NCBI GenBank assembly: GCA_029256575.1
Contig: JAQSXR010000012.1
Location: 908-64,907 of the forward strand
Direction: 5' to 3'
Source of the DNA: Clostridiales bacterium
Lineage (GTDB): Bacteria; Bacillota; Clostridia; Lachnospirales; JAQSXR01
Length of the DNA: 64,000 nt
Both the position numbers and the translations under genes were made by a program. Below, piece after piece: positions 9,648-19,014 of this stretch (position 1 is the first letter of the stretch; the number at the start of each line of letters is the position of its first letter). The notes under the pieces are model-generated. The model was not told the origin of the DNA. It was given only the letters and a program-made list of their open reading frames with translations, and did no database searches.

Positions 9648-10334
9648 CTAATGCGTAGTTTTCTTTATAATAATATTGCCAAGGCTTTGAACTATCATGA
9701 CAATAATTAATAATATAATAACAGTTACATAAGTGACATCTATCTGGTTTCTTTGATGCCCATAGCGAATTGCAAAATCTCCTAGTCCACCACCTCCTAT
9801 GGCTCCTGCCATTGCAGTTAAACCAATAAGACTGACAAATGTTATTGTGGTTGCTCGAACAATTCCTGGGATACTTTCCTTTAAATAAACACGGAATATA
9901 ATACCCATTGAAGATGTCCCCATCGCCTGTGCCGCTTCTATTAACCCACTATCTAATTCTGCAAGAGCACTTTCTATTTGTCTTGAAAAAAACGGAACCG
10001 TTCCAAATATAAGTGGTAGGATCGCACCTTTTGTCCCTATAGCAGTCCCAACTATAGCCCTTGTCAGTGGTATTAAACTGGCAAGTAAAATGATAAAAGG
10101 AATTGAACGAAATATATTAATTATTTTATCTAAGATAATATAAATAAATTTATTCTCATAGATATTCCCTTTCTTGGTAACGGTAAGGATAATTCCCAAT
10201 ATACTTCCGAAAACAAAAGAAATGCTTCCTGAAATCCCTAACAAATATAGGGTTTGATTCAATGATTTAATTAACTCAGGTACTTTATTTACTACGTTAG
10301 GTAATATTTCATTTATCCATTCAATCAATATCAA
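9648..10334 (-). CDS. metI: methionine ABC transporter permease
   Basis: Five-TM MetI-type permease. TTG start overlaps the end of metN. Confidence 0.9.
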   Translation of the reverse strand: MILIEWINEILPNVVNKVPELIKSLNQTLYLLGISGSISFVFGSILGIILTVTKKGNIYENKFIYIILDKIINIFRSIPFIILLASLIPLTRAIVGTAIGTKGAILPLIFGTVPFFSRQIESALAELDSGLIEAAQAMGTSSMGIIFRVYLKESIPGIVRATTITFVSLIGLTAMAGAIGGGGLGDFAIRYGHQRNQIDVTYVTVIILLIIVMIVQSLGNIIIKKTTH

Positions 10335-11355
10335 GCACCTCCACTTCTACATTTTTACTTTCCAAATAATTGATTGCGTCTTCAATATCTCCTGATTTAC
10401 CGCTAACAATAATTACAAGTCCTCCAAGTGGTGCATCTCCTATTATTTCAATGCTTCCAAAAATAATATTACAGTCTATATTAAAATCACGGGAGATTAT
10501 AGAAATTAATGCTTCAGATGCCTTCTTTTCTAAATACTTTAACTTCAGTATTTTTTCACCAGGTTTCAATTGAACAACCGGAGACGATGTTTCAATTAAA
10601 TCATAGATTTTATGCAATACTGATGTTGTATCAATAAACCCTTTGGTAACTTCTTGCCTTGGTGAAGAAAATACCTGAAATACTTCACCTTCTTCCGCAA
10701 TCTTTCCATTTTCCATTACTGCTACTCGATTACATACTTCTTTAATTACTGCCATCTCATGCGTAATAATTACAATAGTAATTCCAAGTTGCTTATTTAC
10801 CTGTTTCAAAAGTTTTAATATTGATAAGGTTGTCTGTGGATCTAATGCACTCGTTGCTTCATCACAAAGAAGTACTTTGGGATCCGTGGCTAAGGCTCTA
10901 GCGATAGCAACTCTTTGTTTTTGTCCACCACTTAATTGAGATGGATATGCTTTCGCCTTATCTTCTAATTCTACTAACTTTAATAGTGCATTAACCTTTT
11001 CTTTTATCTCATTCTTATTTTGTCCGCGGCCTTTTAGTGGATAAGCTATATTTTGAAATACGTTTCTTGATTTCATCAAATTAAAATGTTGAAATATCAT
11101 TCCTATATTTTTTCTAGCTTTGTGTAATTCTTTCGGTGAAAGAGATGTTATATCTTGTCCATCAACGATAATAGAGCCGTGGGATGGTCTCTCTAATAAA
11201 TTTATGCATCTTACTAGTGTTGATTTTCCTGCTCCACTAAAGCCAATAATTCCAAATACTTCTTTGGGTTTAATATGTAAAGAAACATCTTTTACGGCTT
11301 CGAGTATTTTCCCCTCAGAAAGGAAGGTTTTTGAGACATTTTTTATTTCTATCAT
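10321..11355 (-). CDS. metN: methionine ABC transporter ATP-binding protein
   Basis: Walker A GFSGAGKST, signature LSGGQKQR, Walker B LLCDEATSALD, and a C-terminal NIL domain. Confidence 0.95.
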   Translation of the reverse strand: MIEIKNVSKTFLSEGKILEAVKDVSLHIKPKEVFGIIGFSGAGKSTLVRCINLLERPSHGSIIVDGQDITSLSPKELHKARKNIGMIFQHFNLMKSRNVFQNIAYPLKGRGQNKNEIKEKVNALLKLVELEDKAKAYPSQLSGGQKQRVAIARALATDPKVLLCDEATSALDPQTTLSILKLLKQVNKQLGITIVIITHEMAVIKEVCNRVAVMENGKIAEEGEVFQVFSSPRQEVTKGFIDTTSVLHKIYDLIETSSPVVQLKPGEKILKLKYLEKKASEALISIISRDFNIDCNIIFGSIEIIGDAPLGGLVIIVSGKSGDIEDAINYLESKNVEVEVLDID

Positions 11356-11399
11356 TTGGCTTACCTCCTATTTCATTGGCATATCCTTTATAATTAACA

Positions 11400-11428
11400 A
11401 AGATAACATGCAATTCATACATTGTCAA
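11400..11428 (-). promoter_or_regulatory. putative sigma-A promoter of the met operon
   Basis: Minus strand reads TTGACA, 17 nt, TATCTT. The leader to the ATG is too short for an S-box or T-box. Confidence 0.45.
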
Positions 11429-11454
11429 TATGTTTAGTATGTATTATTTTGGAT

Positions 11455-11488
11455 ATAAAAAAATCCGCTTGGTTTTCAAACGGATTTT
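11455..11488 (-). terminator. rho-independent terminator after the phosphodiesterase gene
   Basis: Minus-strand hairpin ATCCGTTTG / CAAGCGGAT followed by TTTTTTT. Confidence 0.75.
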
Positions 11489-11496
11489 AACTAAAC

Positions 11497-12228
11497 TTAA
11501 ATTGTGTATTTCTGTATAGGCTTAAAGTTTGTTACATCATTCGTAATTACTGTATCTACGCCATATTCTTTCATTCTCAAAAAGTCCCCATATGAATCTA
11601 CAGTCCATACATTTACTAAAATACCATTTGCATGACATAATTTCACTAAATTCTTATCAACTTCTCTAAAATTCGGATGAATTGCATCAAATTTGTGCGC
11701 TTTACAATAATCAACTACATCATAACAAAATGAATCGCTATACAAGATGCCGACTCTATATCTTGGGTATTTTTCCTTAATCTCCTTTAATATAAAGTGA
11801 TTAAAGGAGGATATAATACATCTGTTTATCATATTATATTTCTCTAAAAGACTTACTACTTCATCGGCTATATTGTTCATAAAAATACCATCGGATTTTA
11901 TTTCAACGTTTAGAAATAAATTATTTCCTTTTAAGAACTCTAATACCTCAATAAAATAAGGAATAAATTCCTTTTCATACTTACGCGAAAACCAATCACC
12001 AACGCTAAACGACTTTATATTTTCTTTTGAAAAATCATATATATTTCCTTTAACATTTTCACAACGTCCTAATTTACTGTCGTGGTGAACGACAAGACTT
12101 CCATCACATAATAAATGCACATCTAATTCTATACCATCAGCCCCTACTTCTGCTGCTCGTTTGAATGCACTCATTGTATTTTCTGGTCTTTCCTTACTCG
12201 CCCCTCTGTGTGCTAGGATCTTAACCAT
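11497..12228 (-). CDS. glycerophosphodiester phosphodiesterase family protein
   Basis: ILAHRGAS....ENT and ELDVH motifs of the GDPD family. ATG 12228 has AAGGAG 8 nt upstream. Confidence 0.9.
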   Translation of the reverse strand: MVKILAHRGASKERPENTMSAFKRAAEVGADGIELDVHLLCDGSLVVHHDSKLGRCENVKGNIYDFSKENIKSFSVGDWFSRKYEKEFIPYFIEVLEFLKGNNLFLNVEIKSDGIFMNNIADEVVSLLEKYNMINRCIISSFNHFILKEIKEKYPRYRVGILYSDSFCYDVVDYCKAHKFDAIHPNFREVDKNLVKLCHANGILVNVWTVDSYGDFLRMKEYGVDTVITNDVTNFKPIQKYTI

Positions 12229-12258
12229 AGTTAACACTCCTTAATATACAATCTTCTA

Positions 12259-13593
12259 CTAAAATTTATACTGAAAGAAACTCTTCTCCATACTCTTTGC
12301 AACGCTATCTTTATCATTGGAACCGATAATCTCACAACCACAATCTTTTACAATATCAACGGAATTCTCCATTGCATATTTGTAATCTGCTACTTGCATC
12401 ATCGATACATCGTTGATATCGTTGCCATATGCTGCTACGATTGTTTTATTTAATTTTTCTTTAAGTTCTAAGACTGCTGTCTCCTTTGAAACATTTCTAT
12501 CGTAAATTTCTAAATACGAGTAGCCTTGATGTAGCAGATCTTTATAATGAATTACATTTAAAAAAGTGTAACATTCAATACTTCTAATCTCATTGTACAT
12601 TTTAATAATTATTTCATCTTTATTTACAATCATAATAGAAAGCGCATCATAAATATCATTAAACTTACTATATACATAGTTTCCGTGTGCTGTTTTATGC
12701 ATTGTATTATAAATTTCTTCTTCTACAATATTTGTAAAATCACTATAGTAAATGTGCAGGGTATCTCGGATTACCGAATTTACAAAGCAATTCAAATTAT
12801 GTTTATCCATTAAATCTATTATTTGTCTCGTACATTCCTTCTTAATAGGCTTACAATTCATATACATTTCTTTCTCTATATCATACAGCGCTGCACCATT
12901 CATCGTTATAATGGGTAGTTTTAGATTAATTCCTGAAACAATCGGAATAATTGTGCTGAGATTACGAGAGGTTGCTAATGCTATACTGGCTCCACATTCA
13001 ATCATACGATTTAATTTAATCTTCGAGATCAAACTAATCACTCCACTCGAATTCATAAGTGTGCCATCTAAATTGGTTACATATAAGGCTTCTTTATTCG
13101 CTTTTCTAGGAAGATGAAAAAGGTTTACTCCAAGTGAAACTGAAATACCAATTAATGTATCCAATATTCTATTTAGAGTAAATAATGTTGGATTTACATC
13201 TTCCCCATGAACAATCGCAACACTCATAAAAACAACGCAAGAAATGTAAGCTGCCGCCTTTTTATCTAATAAAACAGTTATATAAATAACCGGTATAATT
13301 GCAACAGCAATTAAAGCATTTTGAATTATTGGCATCGTTTCAGGAATATAATTCCGTTCAATAAAAAGAACTATGATACCAATAAACCCTCCAATAAATG
13401 TACCTATGATACGAGTCCATGATACTTGCTTACTATGAATTGCATCCGTTTGCATAGCTAAGATAGCTGCGATCGCCGAATAAAACGGTAATCCACCAGC
13501 TCCTTTGAATACAGTTATGCGAATATAATCAATCATAAGGCATAAAAATACTGCTATGGATGATTTTATTATTCTTTTCCCTATCTTAGGCAT
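12259..13593 (-). CDS. fusion of a FUSC/aromatic-acid-exporter-like membrane domain and a Cof-type HAD-IIB phosphatase
   Basis: N-terminal about 165 aa with 4-5 TM helices. C-terminal HAD motifs: VTNLDGTL (motif I) and GNDINDVSMM (motif IV). Confidence 0.8.
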   Translation of the reverse strand: MPKIGKRIIKSSIAVFLCLMIDYIRITVFKGAGGLPFYSAIAAILAMQTDAIHSKQVSWTRIIGTFIGGFIGIIVLFIERNYIPETMPIIQNALIAVAIIPVIYITVLLDKKAAAYISCVVFMSVAIVHGEDVNPTLFTLNRILDTLIGISVSLGVNLFHLPRKANKEALYVTNLDGTLMNSSGVISLISKIKLNRMIECGASIALATSRNLSTIIPIVSGINLKLPIITMNGAALYDIEKEMYMNCKPIKKECTRQIIDLMDKHNLNCFVNSVIRDTLHIYYSDFTNIVEEEIYNTMHKTAHGNYVYSKFNDIYDALSIMIVNKDEIIIKMYNEIRSIECYTFLNVIHYKDLLHQGYSYLEIYDRNVSKETAVLELKEKLNKTIVAAYGNDINDVSMMQVADYKYAMENSVDIVKDCGCEIIGSNDKDSVAKSMEKSFFQYKF

Positions 13594-13614
13594 TCTTTAT
13601 CATCACCTAATCCT

Positions 13615-15225
13615 TTACTCCCAAATGCTAAGCAACACGATTCCAAATAAACCGATTGGTGCAGGTGTTCTTTTTGCATTGATATGGCTATTGAAAATAA
13701 CTTCATGCCCTTTGTTGGTAGGATGTGGGTCTATTTGCCCTGTGAATAAATTAAAATTAACTAAGGAATCAGCTCCTAAGTATGTTTGAAACGCAGTATT
13801 TACATCCGCTACTTTATAGTTTGAATTTGGTAAATTAATTGTTGAATTTATCCCTTGTATAACTGGATTAAACAAATTATAAAGTGGATCTGATTGTTTG
13901 ATTGGATTATATAACGTCATAACATAAACCTCTGCATCTGGTGCCAAGTTCTTTATTATTTCGTTAATCTCAACCCAATCTTTTGAAAACTGTTCAACAC
14001 CTAGTTTCAAACTAGATTGTAACCCCGGTATCGCTGCAAATAATTTCGATTGACTGTTCGGATCAGATAATGCTATTTTAACATCATTCTCAAAATTCTC
14101 TGAGGTAGGATTAATATTTAAGGCTGTGAAAAGAGCATTGATAACAGGTGATAACAGATTATTTCCACCAATACTTACCGATATTATTTTTGCATTGCTT
14201 ACGGCTTTTATTGTTGCATCATCATTTTTTAATTTATTCAGAAGATCACTACTTTTATCTCCAGGCTTTCCTAGATTTTGCAACACCATTCCTACATTTT
14301 CATTTTTAGTTTTTAACTCATTGTAGAAAAGATTAACATATCCTGAGTTATTGGTAGCACTCATTCCATATGTGATTGAATCTCCAAGTGCTATATATTT
14401 ATTAATTACTTCCGTTTGTATTATTCGAGGTTCGCCCCCACGAATTACTGTTCTACCAGTGATAGCTACGTTGTCTAGCGTAACTTCACCTTGTTTAATT
14501 CCATCACCAATTATTAAATCACCTTTTATAATAATATCTTTCAAAATTACACCAGGTGCATTAATCATGACATTCCCAGTAAAATTCATTGTATAAGTAC
14601 CTGCTGTATTTAAATAATTATTAAAAATGTTTATCATTAATTGAGCAAATTCTGCTCTTGTTACGTATTTTTTTGGATTTAATTGACCATTTGATCCGGT
14701 AACATATCCTTCTGCAACTAAAGAGGATATACTATTTTTTGCCCACGTACTAACGAAAGCTTTATCCGAAAATACATCAAGAACAGCTTCATTTGCACCA
14801 GATAATCTAAGTGCACTCGCTAGTACTACGAAAGCTTCCTCTCTTGTTATATCTTTTTCTGGACTTAATTTTCCGCCATTTCCTTTAAACACTTCCATCT
14901 GAACTGCTTTTGCCATTTCATTATAGTACCATTTGTTTGTAGTGATATCCGAATAGCTGTCTAAAGTTGCTTTTTCACTTGTACCAAATGCCTTGTTTAT
15001 AATTGTAGCCATTTCAGCTCTTGTTAAATTGTCCTTAGGATTAATTTTCCCTTCATAACCCGATAGTAAGCCGTTTTCTACTGCTGTTTCTAGAGCAGTC
15101 GTAGACCAGTCGTTTGGCATATCCGAAAATGTAGTTTTGCTTTCTTCTTTTGCAAAAGATGCAGACGGAATCATCCCTATGATCATAACCGTAACTAGTA
15201 AAAAACCAAATATTCTTTTCTTCAT
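13615..15225 (-). CDS. SLH-domain cell-wall-anchored SGNH/GDSL hydrolase
   Basis: Signal peptide, three SLH repeats (FSDMPNDWS.., FSDKAF.., TRAEFA..), and a C-terminal GDSITYG block of SGNH esterases. Confidence 0.85.
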   Translation of the reverse strand: MKKRIFGFLLVTVMIIGMIPSASFAKEESKTTFSDMPNDWSTTALETAVENGLLSGYEGKINPKDNLTRAEMATIINKAFGTSEKATLDSYSDITTNKWYYNEMAKAVQMEVFKGNGGKLSPEKDITREEAFVVLASALRLSGANEAVLDVFSDKAFVSTWAKNSISSLVAEGYVTGSNGQLNPKKYVTRAEFAQLMINIFNNYLNTAGTYTMNFTGNVMINAPGVILKDIIIKGDLIIGDGIKQGEVTLDNVAITGRTVIRGGEPRIIQTEVINKYIALGDSITYGMSATNNSGYVNLFYNELKTKNENVGMVLQNLGKPGDKSSDLLNKLKNDDATIKAVSNAKIISVSIGGNNLLSPVINALFTALNINPTSENFENDVKIALSDPNSQSKLFAAIPGLQSSLKLGVEQFSKDWVEINEIIKNLAPDAEVYVMTLYNPIKQSDPLYNLFNPVIQGINSTINLPNSNYKVADVNTAFQTYLGADSLVNFNLFTGQIDPHPTNKGHEVIFNSHINAKRTPAPIGLFGIVLLSIWE

Positions 15226-15263
15226 TTTGAGTTCCTTCCCTTCATTTTTTTGTATTCATATTC

Positions 15264-16403
15264 TTATTTTAGCAACTTATCAATAATATTCCCTCTACTC
15301 ATATCTTTACAAATAATTTTTATTTTAAATGTTTTTTCATATTTCTTAATTAATGAAATCTCTCTCTCTGTGACTATTGAAACAGCCAACCCAGCTTTCC
15401 CATTTCTACCGGTTCTCCCCACACGGTGTAAATAATCCATTGGATCTTCTGGCATGCTTAAATTAAATATACATGTAATATCATCTACGTGTATTCCCCT
15501 TGCTGCTAAATCAGAAGCTACTAATAATTGAAGCTTACCCGCTTTAAAATTATCCATTACCTTCTTTCTATCTATCTTATCATTTTTACCATGAATAAAT
15601 TCAGCATTAAGACTATGAAATTTGAGTTTTTTCGTTGCCAATTCAATTTCATCAATCTGATTTATAAAGACAAGGGCCTTCTTTGGATTTAATGATACAG
15701 CAACTTTTCTTAGCACTTCAAGCTTATCTCTTCTTTCTGTCACAAAGAATATATGCTCTATTTGTGTCGGAATAGAAGTATTATTGGCTGCTTTAATAAC
15801 TTCTGGCTCCTTCATAATCTCGTTAGCTTTATCAATTGTTTCTTTAGATATAGAAGCAGAAAATAAAAGAATCTGTCTTTCTTTTAATGTGCACTTGATT
15901 ACTGCTTTTACGCCTTCAATATTATCTTTATCCATCATTTTATCCGCTTCATCTACCACTATTGTCTTTATGGTATGTGCAGATAGTTTCTTCATCTTAA
16001 TCAGTTCTAATATTCTTCCTGTTGATCCAACTATAATTTGTGGTTTTTCTCTCAGTTTCTCAACCTGTCTTTTTATATTTACATTGCCCATGATAGTTGT
16101 TGAGTTTAATTTAAAATCTGAGTTCTGAGATAATCTCTCTATTTGTCTTTGAACTTGAATTGCGAGTTCATGCGTTGGCACTAATATTAATACTTGCATT
16201 TCCTTCTTCTGTTCTTGTAATTTTTCAAACAATGGCAATAAATACGCCAAAGTTTTACCAGAACCAGTCTCTGATTGCACAATCAAATCTTTATTTTCTA
16301 AAATCTTTGGTATTACCATAGCTTGTATCTGCGTTGGCTCTGTTATGTTTTCCTTCTTTAAAGCATCTAGAATTGTAGTACTTAAATTTTCAAATTTTAT
16401 CAT
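15264..16403 (-). CDS. DEAD-box ATP-dependent RNA helicase
   Basis: Q-motif PTQIQ, SETGSGKT, PTHELA, DEAD, SAS and HRVGRTGRNG motifs. Start at MIKFENL, preceded by GAAAGG. Confidence 0.9.
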   Translation of the reverse strand: MIKFENLSTTILDALKKENITEPTQIQAMVIPKILENKDLIVQSETGSGKTLAYLLPLFEKLQEQKKEMQVLILVPTHELAIQVQRQIERLSQNSDFKLNSTTIMGNVNIKRQVEKLREKPQIIVGSTGRILELIKMKKLSAHTIKTIVVDEADKMMDKDNIEGVKAVIKCTLKERQILLFSASISKETIDKANEIMKEPEVIKAANNTSIPTQIEHIFFVTERRDKLEVLRKVAVSLNPKKALVFINQIDEIELATKKLKFHSLNAEFIHGKNDKIDRKKVMDNFKAGKLQLLVASDLAARGIHVDDITCIFNLSMPEDPMDYLHRVGRTGRNGKAGLAVSIVTEREISLIKKYEKTFKIKIICKDMSRGNIIDKLLK

Positions 16404-16549
16404 TATTGTACCTTTCATTAATACGTTTTCAATATTGCTTATTATAACACATATGGCTTCTCTTTACTTATGTATCATTCTTATAGTTGAGATATTTTAA
16501 CATAATTTTTCTACTTGATACAAATAGCAATTCTAGAAAAATGTTTATT

Positions 16550-18568
16550 TTAAAGTTTATCCTTAATTTCTTCTATTGGTAATGGCCTACTAATTAAGAA
16601 GCCTTGACCCGTTTTACAATTATTTTTTTTCAAATAATCTAACTGCACTTCCGTTTCAATACCCTCAGCAACAACCTCATAACCTAAATCAATTGCCAAA
16701 AATAAAATTGCTTTTATTATAATTGATTCCTTACCATCATTCTCAATATTTTTTACAAAACTTCTATCTAATTTTACGGTATCGATTGGTATATCTTTTA
16801 AGTGGGTAAGCGAAGAATACCCTGTTCCAAAATCGTCTAATGCAATCTTCATACCTAATTTCTTTAATTTATTTAATCGCTCAACAGCAACGTCTATATC
16901 AGCTATTATTGCAGTTTCAGTAACTTCAATCGTTATATGCGAGTAATCAACATCATAAGAAGCAAATAAAGCTTCTATTCCTTGAAAATTAATATCACTC
17001 GCTAACGCTTTACTAGATAGGTTGATTGAAATAGTTATGTCCTGTTTTCCATCTTGTTCGAATGCTTTTTTCTGATTAAGGGCCGTTTCTATAATCCATT
17101 TTTCGATTTCATGTATTTGACCTGTTTCTTCTGCAATTGGTATAAATTTATTCGGTGGAATAAATCCATTTTCAGGATGAATCCATCTTACTAATGCTTC
17201 AAGACCTGTTATTTTACCAGTAGCAATATTAAATTGTGGTTGATAATATAAGAAAAGTTCATTATTTTTAATTGCATATTGTAGTTGATTGGATAATTTT
17301 ATATTCTCACTGTTATCTTTTAAGATAGCATCTGAATAAAAAGAGCATCTACCCTTACCTTCTTTTTTTGCCTTATACATCGCAATATCCGCATTTCTGA
17401 GTAGCGTGTTTCGATCATTCCCACTTTCCGGAAAATTAACGACACCAATGCTATAGGAAACGAAAAATACATAATGATTGTATTCCCAAGACTTCCCTAA
17501 TTCTTGTATTATTCTTTCTAATTCTTTTTTTAGTTCATTTTTAGTATATGTATGTAAGAATAAAACAACAAATTCATCACCGCTAAGTTTCGCTACTCTA
17601 TTTGGCAATTCTATTATATGTAAAAGTTTATTAGCTATATGTTGTAGAAACAAATCTCCTACTGAATGGCCTAACGTATCGTTAATCTGTTTGAAATTAT
17701 CGATATCTATATGTGCTAAGGAAAATGGTATATTATCATCAATAAGCTGCTTCATTTCATTCCCAATTAATAAGCGGTTAGGCAACCCAGTCATCACATC
17801 GTAGTAAGCTGCTTTTTTCAGTTTTTCACCTAACTTTTTGCGTTCCGTTATATCTGTTCCAATTGATAAAATCTCATCTGGTTTATTTTGATAACTCATC
17901 ATATTGTTATTCCAAAGAATATCGATTATCTTATTATTCTTTGTTATAAATTGACTTTCATAATTCTTATATTGTTCTCCTTGACTAATCAATTTAAAAT
18001 AGTTTATATTTTGTCTTTTTTCTTTTGTAAGAAATAAGTCACTCCATTTTTTATTATATATTTCTTTCTCCGTATAACCTAATAAATCTTGACCAAAAGG
18101 ATTTATACTTTTTATTCTTCCTTGTTTGTCCCACGTTGCAATTATAGCATGTGCGTCCATAAAAATATTATCATTAAACTTCTTTTGATCGATTAATTCT
18201 TCTTCCGTTGCCACTAGCTCTTCATATGTTACTTGTAATTCCTCATATGCTTGTCTCATTTCCTTTAAGGTTTTGCCAACTAAAAGAGAACGGTTTCGGA
18301 CTAAAGTAAAAATCAATACTATTGTTAGAATTACATAAACCCATCCCTTATAGGTTTGAGCTTGCTTGTATAAGCTAACATTCTTAATGAAAAAATATAG
18401 GATCTCATCTGATAATACAATCCAAATCAAACCGAACAACCCATAAAACCCAGAAACAATTATTGCATCTTTTATCGGTTTTACTTTATAATCAGTACAA
18501 TGAAACGAATACGATCTCTCATTATTTTGATTTTTTCTCTTTATATTCTTCTTACGTTTCTTAGGCAT
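16550..18568 (-). CDS. membrane-anchored PAS-GGDEF-EAL c-di-GMP turnover protein
   Basis: Two TM helices and a PAS segment. The GGDEF region has a degenerate SGDEF signature. The EAL domain reads EALVRW, with DDFGTGYSS. Start at MPKKRKK, preceded by GGGAGGA. Confidence 0.9.
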   Translation of the reverse strand: MPKKRKKNIKRKNQNNERSYSFHCTDYKVKPIKDAIIVSGFYGLFGLIWIVLSDEILYFFIKNVSLYKQAQTYKGWVYVILTIVLIFTLVRNRSLLVGKTLKEMRQAYEELQVTYEELVATEEELIDQKKFNDNIFMDAHAIIATWDKQGRIKSINPFGQDLLGYTEKEIYNKKWSDLFLTKEKRQNINYFKLISQGEQYKNYESQFITKNNKIIDILWNNNMMSYQNKPDEILSIGTDITERKKLGEKLKKAAYYDVMTGLPNRLLIGNEMKQLIDDNIPFSLAHIDIDNFKQINDTLGHSVGDLFLQHIANKLLHIIELPNRVAKLSGDEFVVLFLHTYTKNELKKELERIIQELGKSWEYNHYVFFVSYSIGVVNFPESGNDRNTLLRNADIAMYKAKKEGKGRCSFYSDAILKDNSENIKLSNQLQYAIKNNELFLYYQPQFNIATGKITGLEALVRWIHPENGFIPPNKFIPIAEETGQIHEIEKWIIETALNQKKAFEQDGKQDITISINLSSKALASDINFQGIEALFASYDVDYSHITIEVTETAIIADIDVAVERLNKLKKLGMKIALDDFGTGYSSLTHLKDIPIDTVKLDRSFVKNIENDGKESIIIKAILFLAIDLGYEVVAEGIETEVQLDYLKKNNCKTGQGFLISRPLPIEEIKDKL

Positions 18569-18727
18569 AATCCGATCCTCCCGAAATTTATTCAAAGTAG
18601 TTTTCTAACATGATAAATTTTTCAATATATACTATACTGTACCATTAAAATCGACATTTTTCAATAAATTCAATACCTATAACCAAGGTAACAATTCCCT
18701 AATTTGAGTAATTTGCTTAAAATAATA

Positions 18728-18756
18728 CAAGGAAATTCATTTATAGAATTCCCTTG
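18728..18756 (-). terminator. terminator-like hairpin inside a divergent intergenic region
   Basis: 11-bp stem CAAGGGAATTC / GAATTTCCTTG, fully paired on the minus strand (one G-U) but A-C mismatched on the plus strand. Followed by TATTATTTT on the minus strand. Confidence 0.55.
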
Positions 18757-18880
18757 TGTTTAATCATTTGTATTTAACATTTCGATCTCAAATACTTTTG
18801 GTTAGCCTATTGATTAATATTAACGCTAAGGTTTATACTTATATTGTATATTATAAAAACTTAATATGATAATTACTGAC

Positions 18881-18963
18881 ACAAGAAGGCGACAACGCCA
18901 CATTACTGAAACAGGGAAGTTTGGTTTCTTGCGTGCAAGACGAACTTTCCTATTTCACAAAAA
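18881..18963 (-). ncRNA. candidate structured RNA element, copy 2 (unassigned; strand tentative)
   Basis: Ungapped 72/83 identity to 7402..7484. Same long hairpin and small GC hairpin (GGCG-ACAA-CGCC on the plus strand). Confidence 0.45.
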
Positions 18964-19014
18964 TAATGTATAGAAGTTATACATTAACTTATCTATATAA
19001 GGAGGATATATATA

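Noticed and set aside
11356-11496. Looked for an S-box (SAM-I) riboswitch or Met T-box leader upstream of metN.
   Set aside because: Only about 45 nt lie between the promoter-like site and the SD. None of the conserved S-box or T-box sequence blocks are present.
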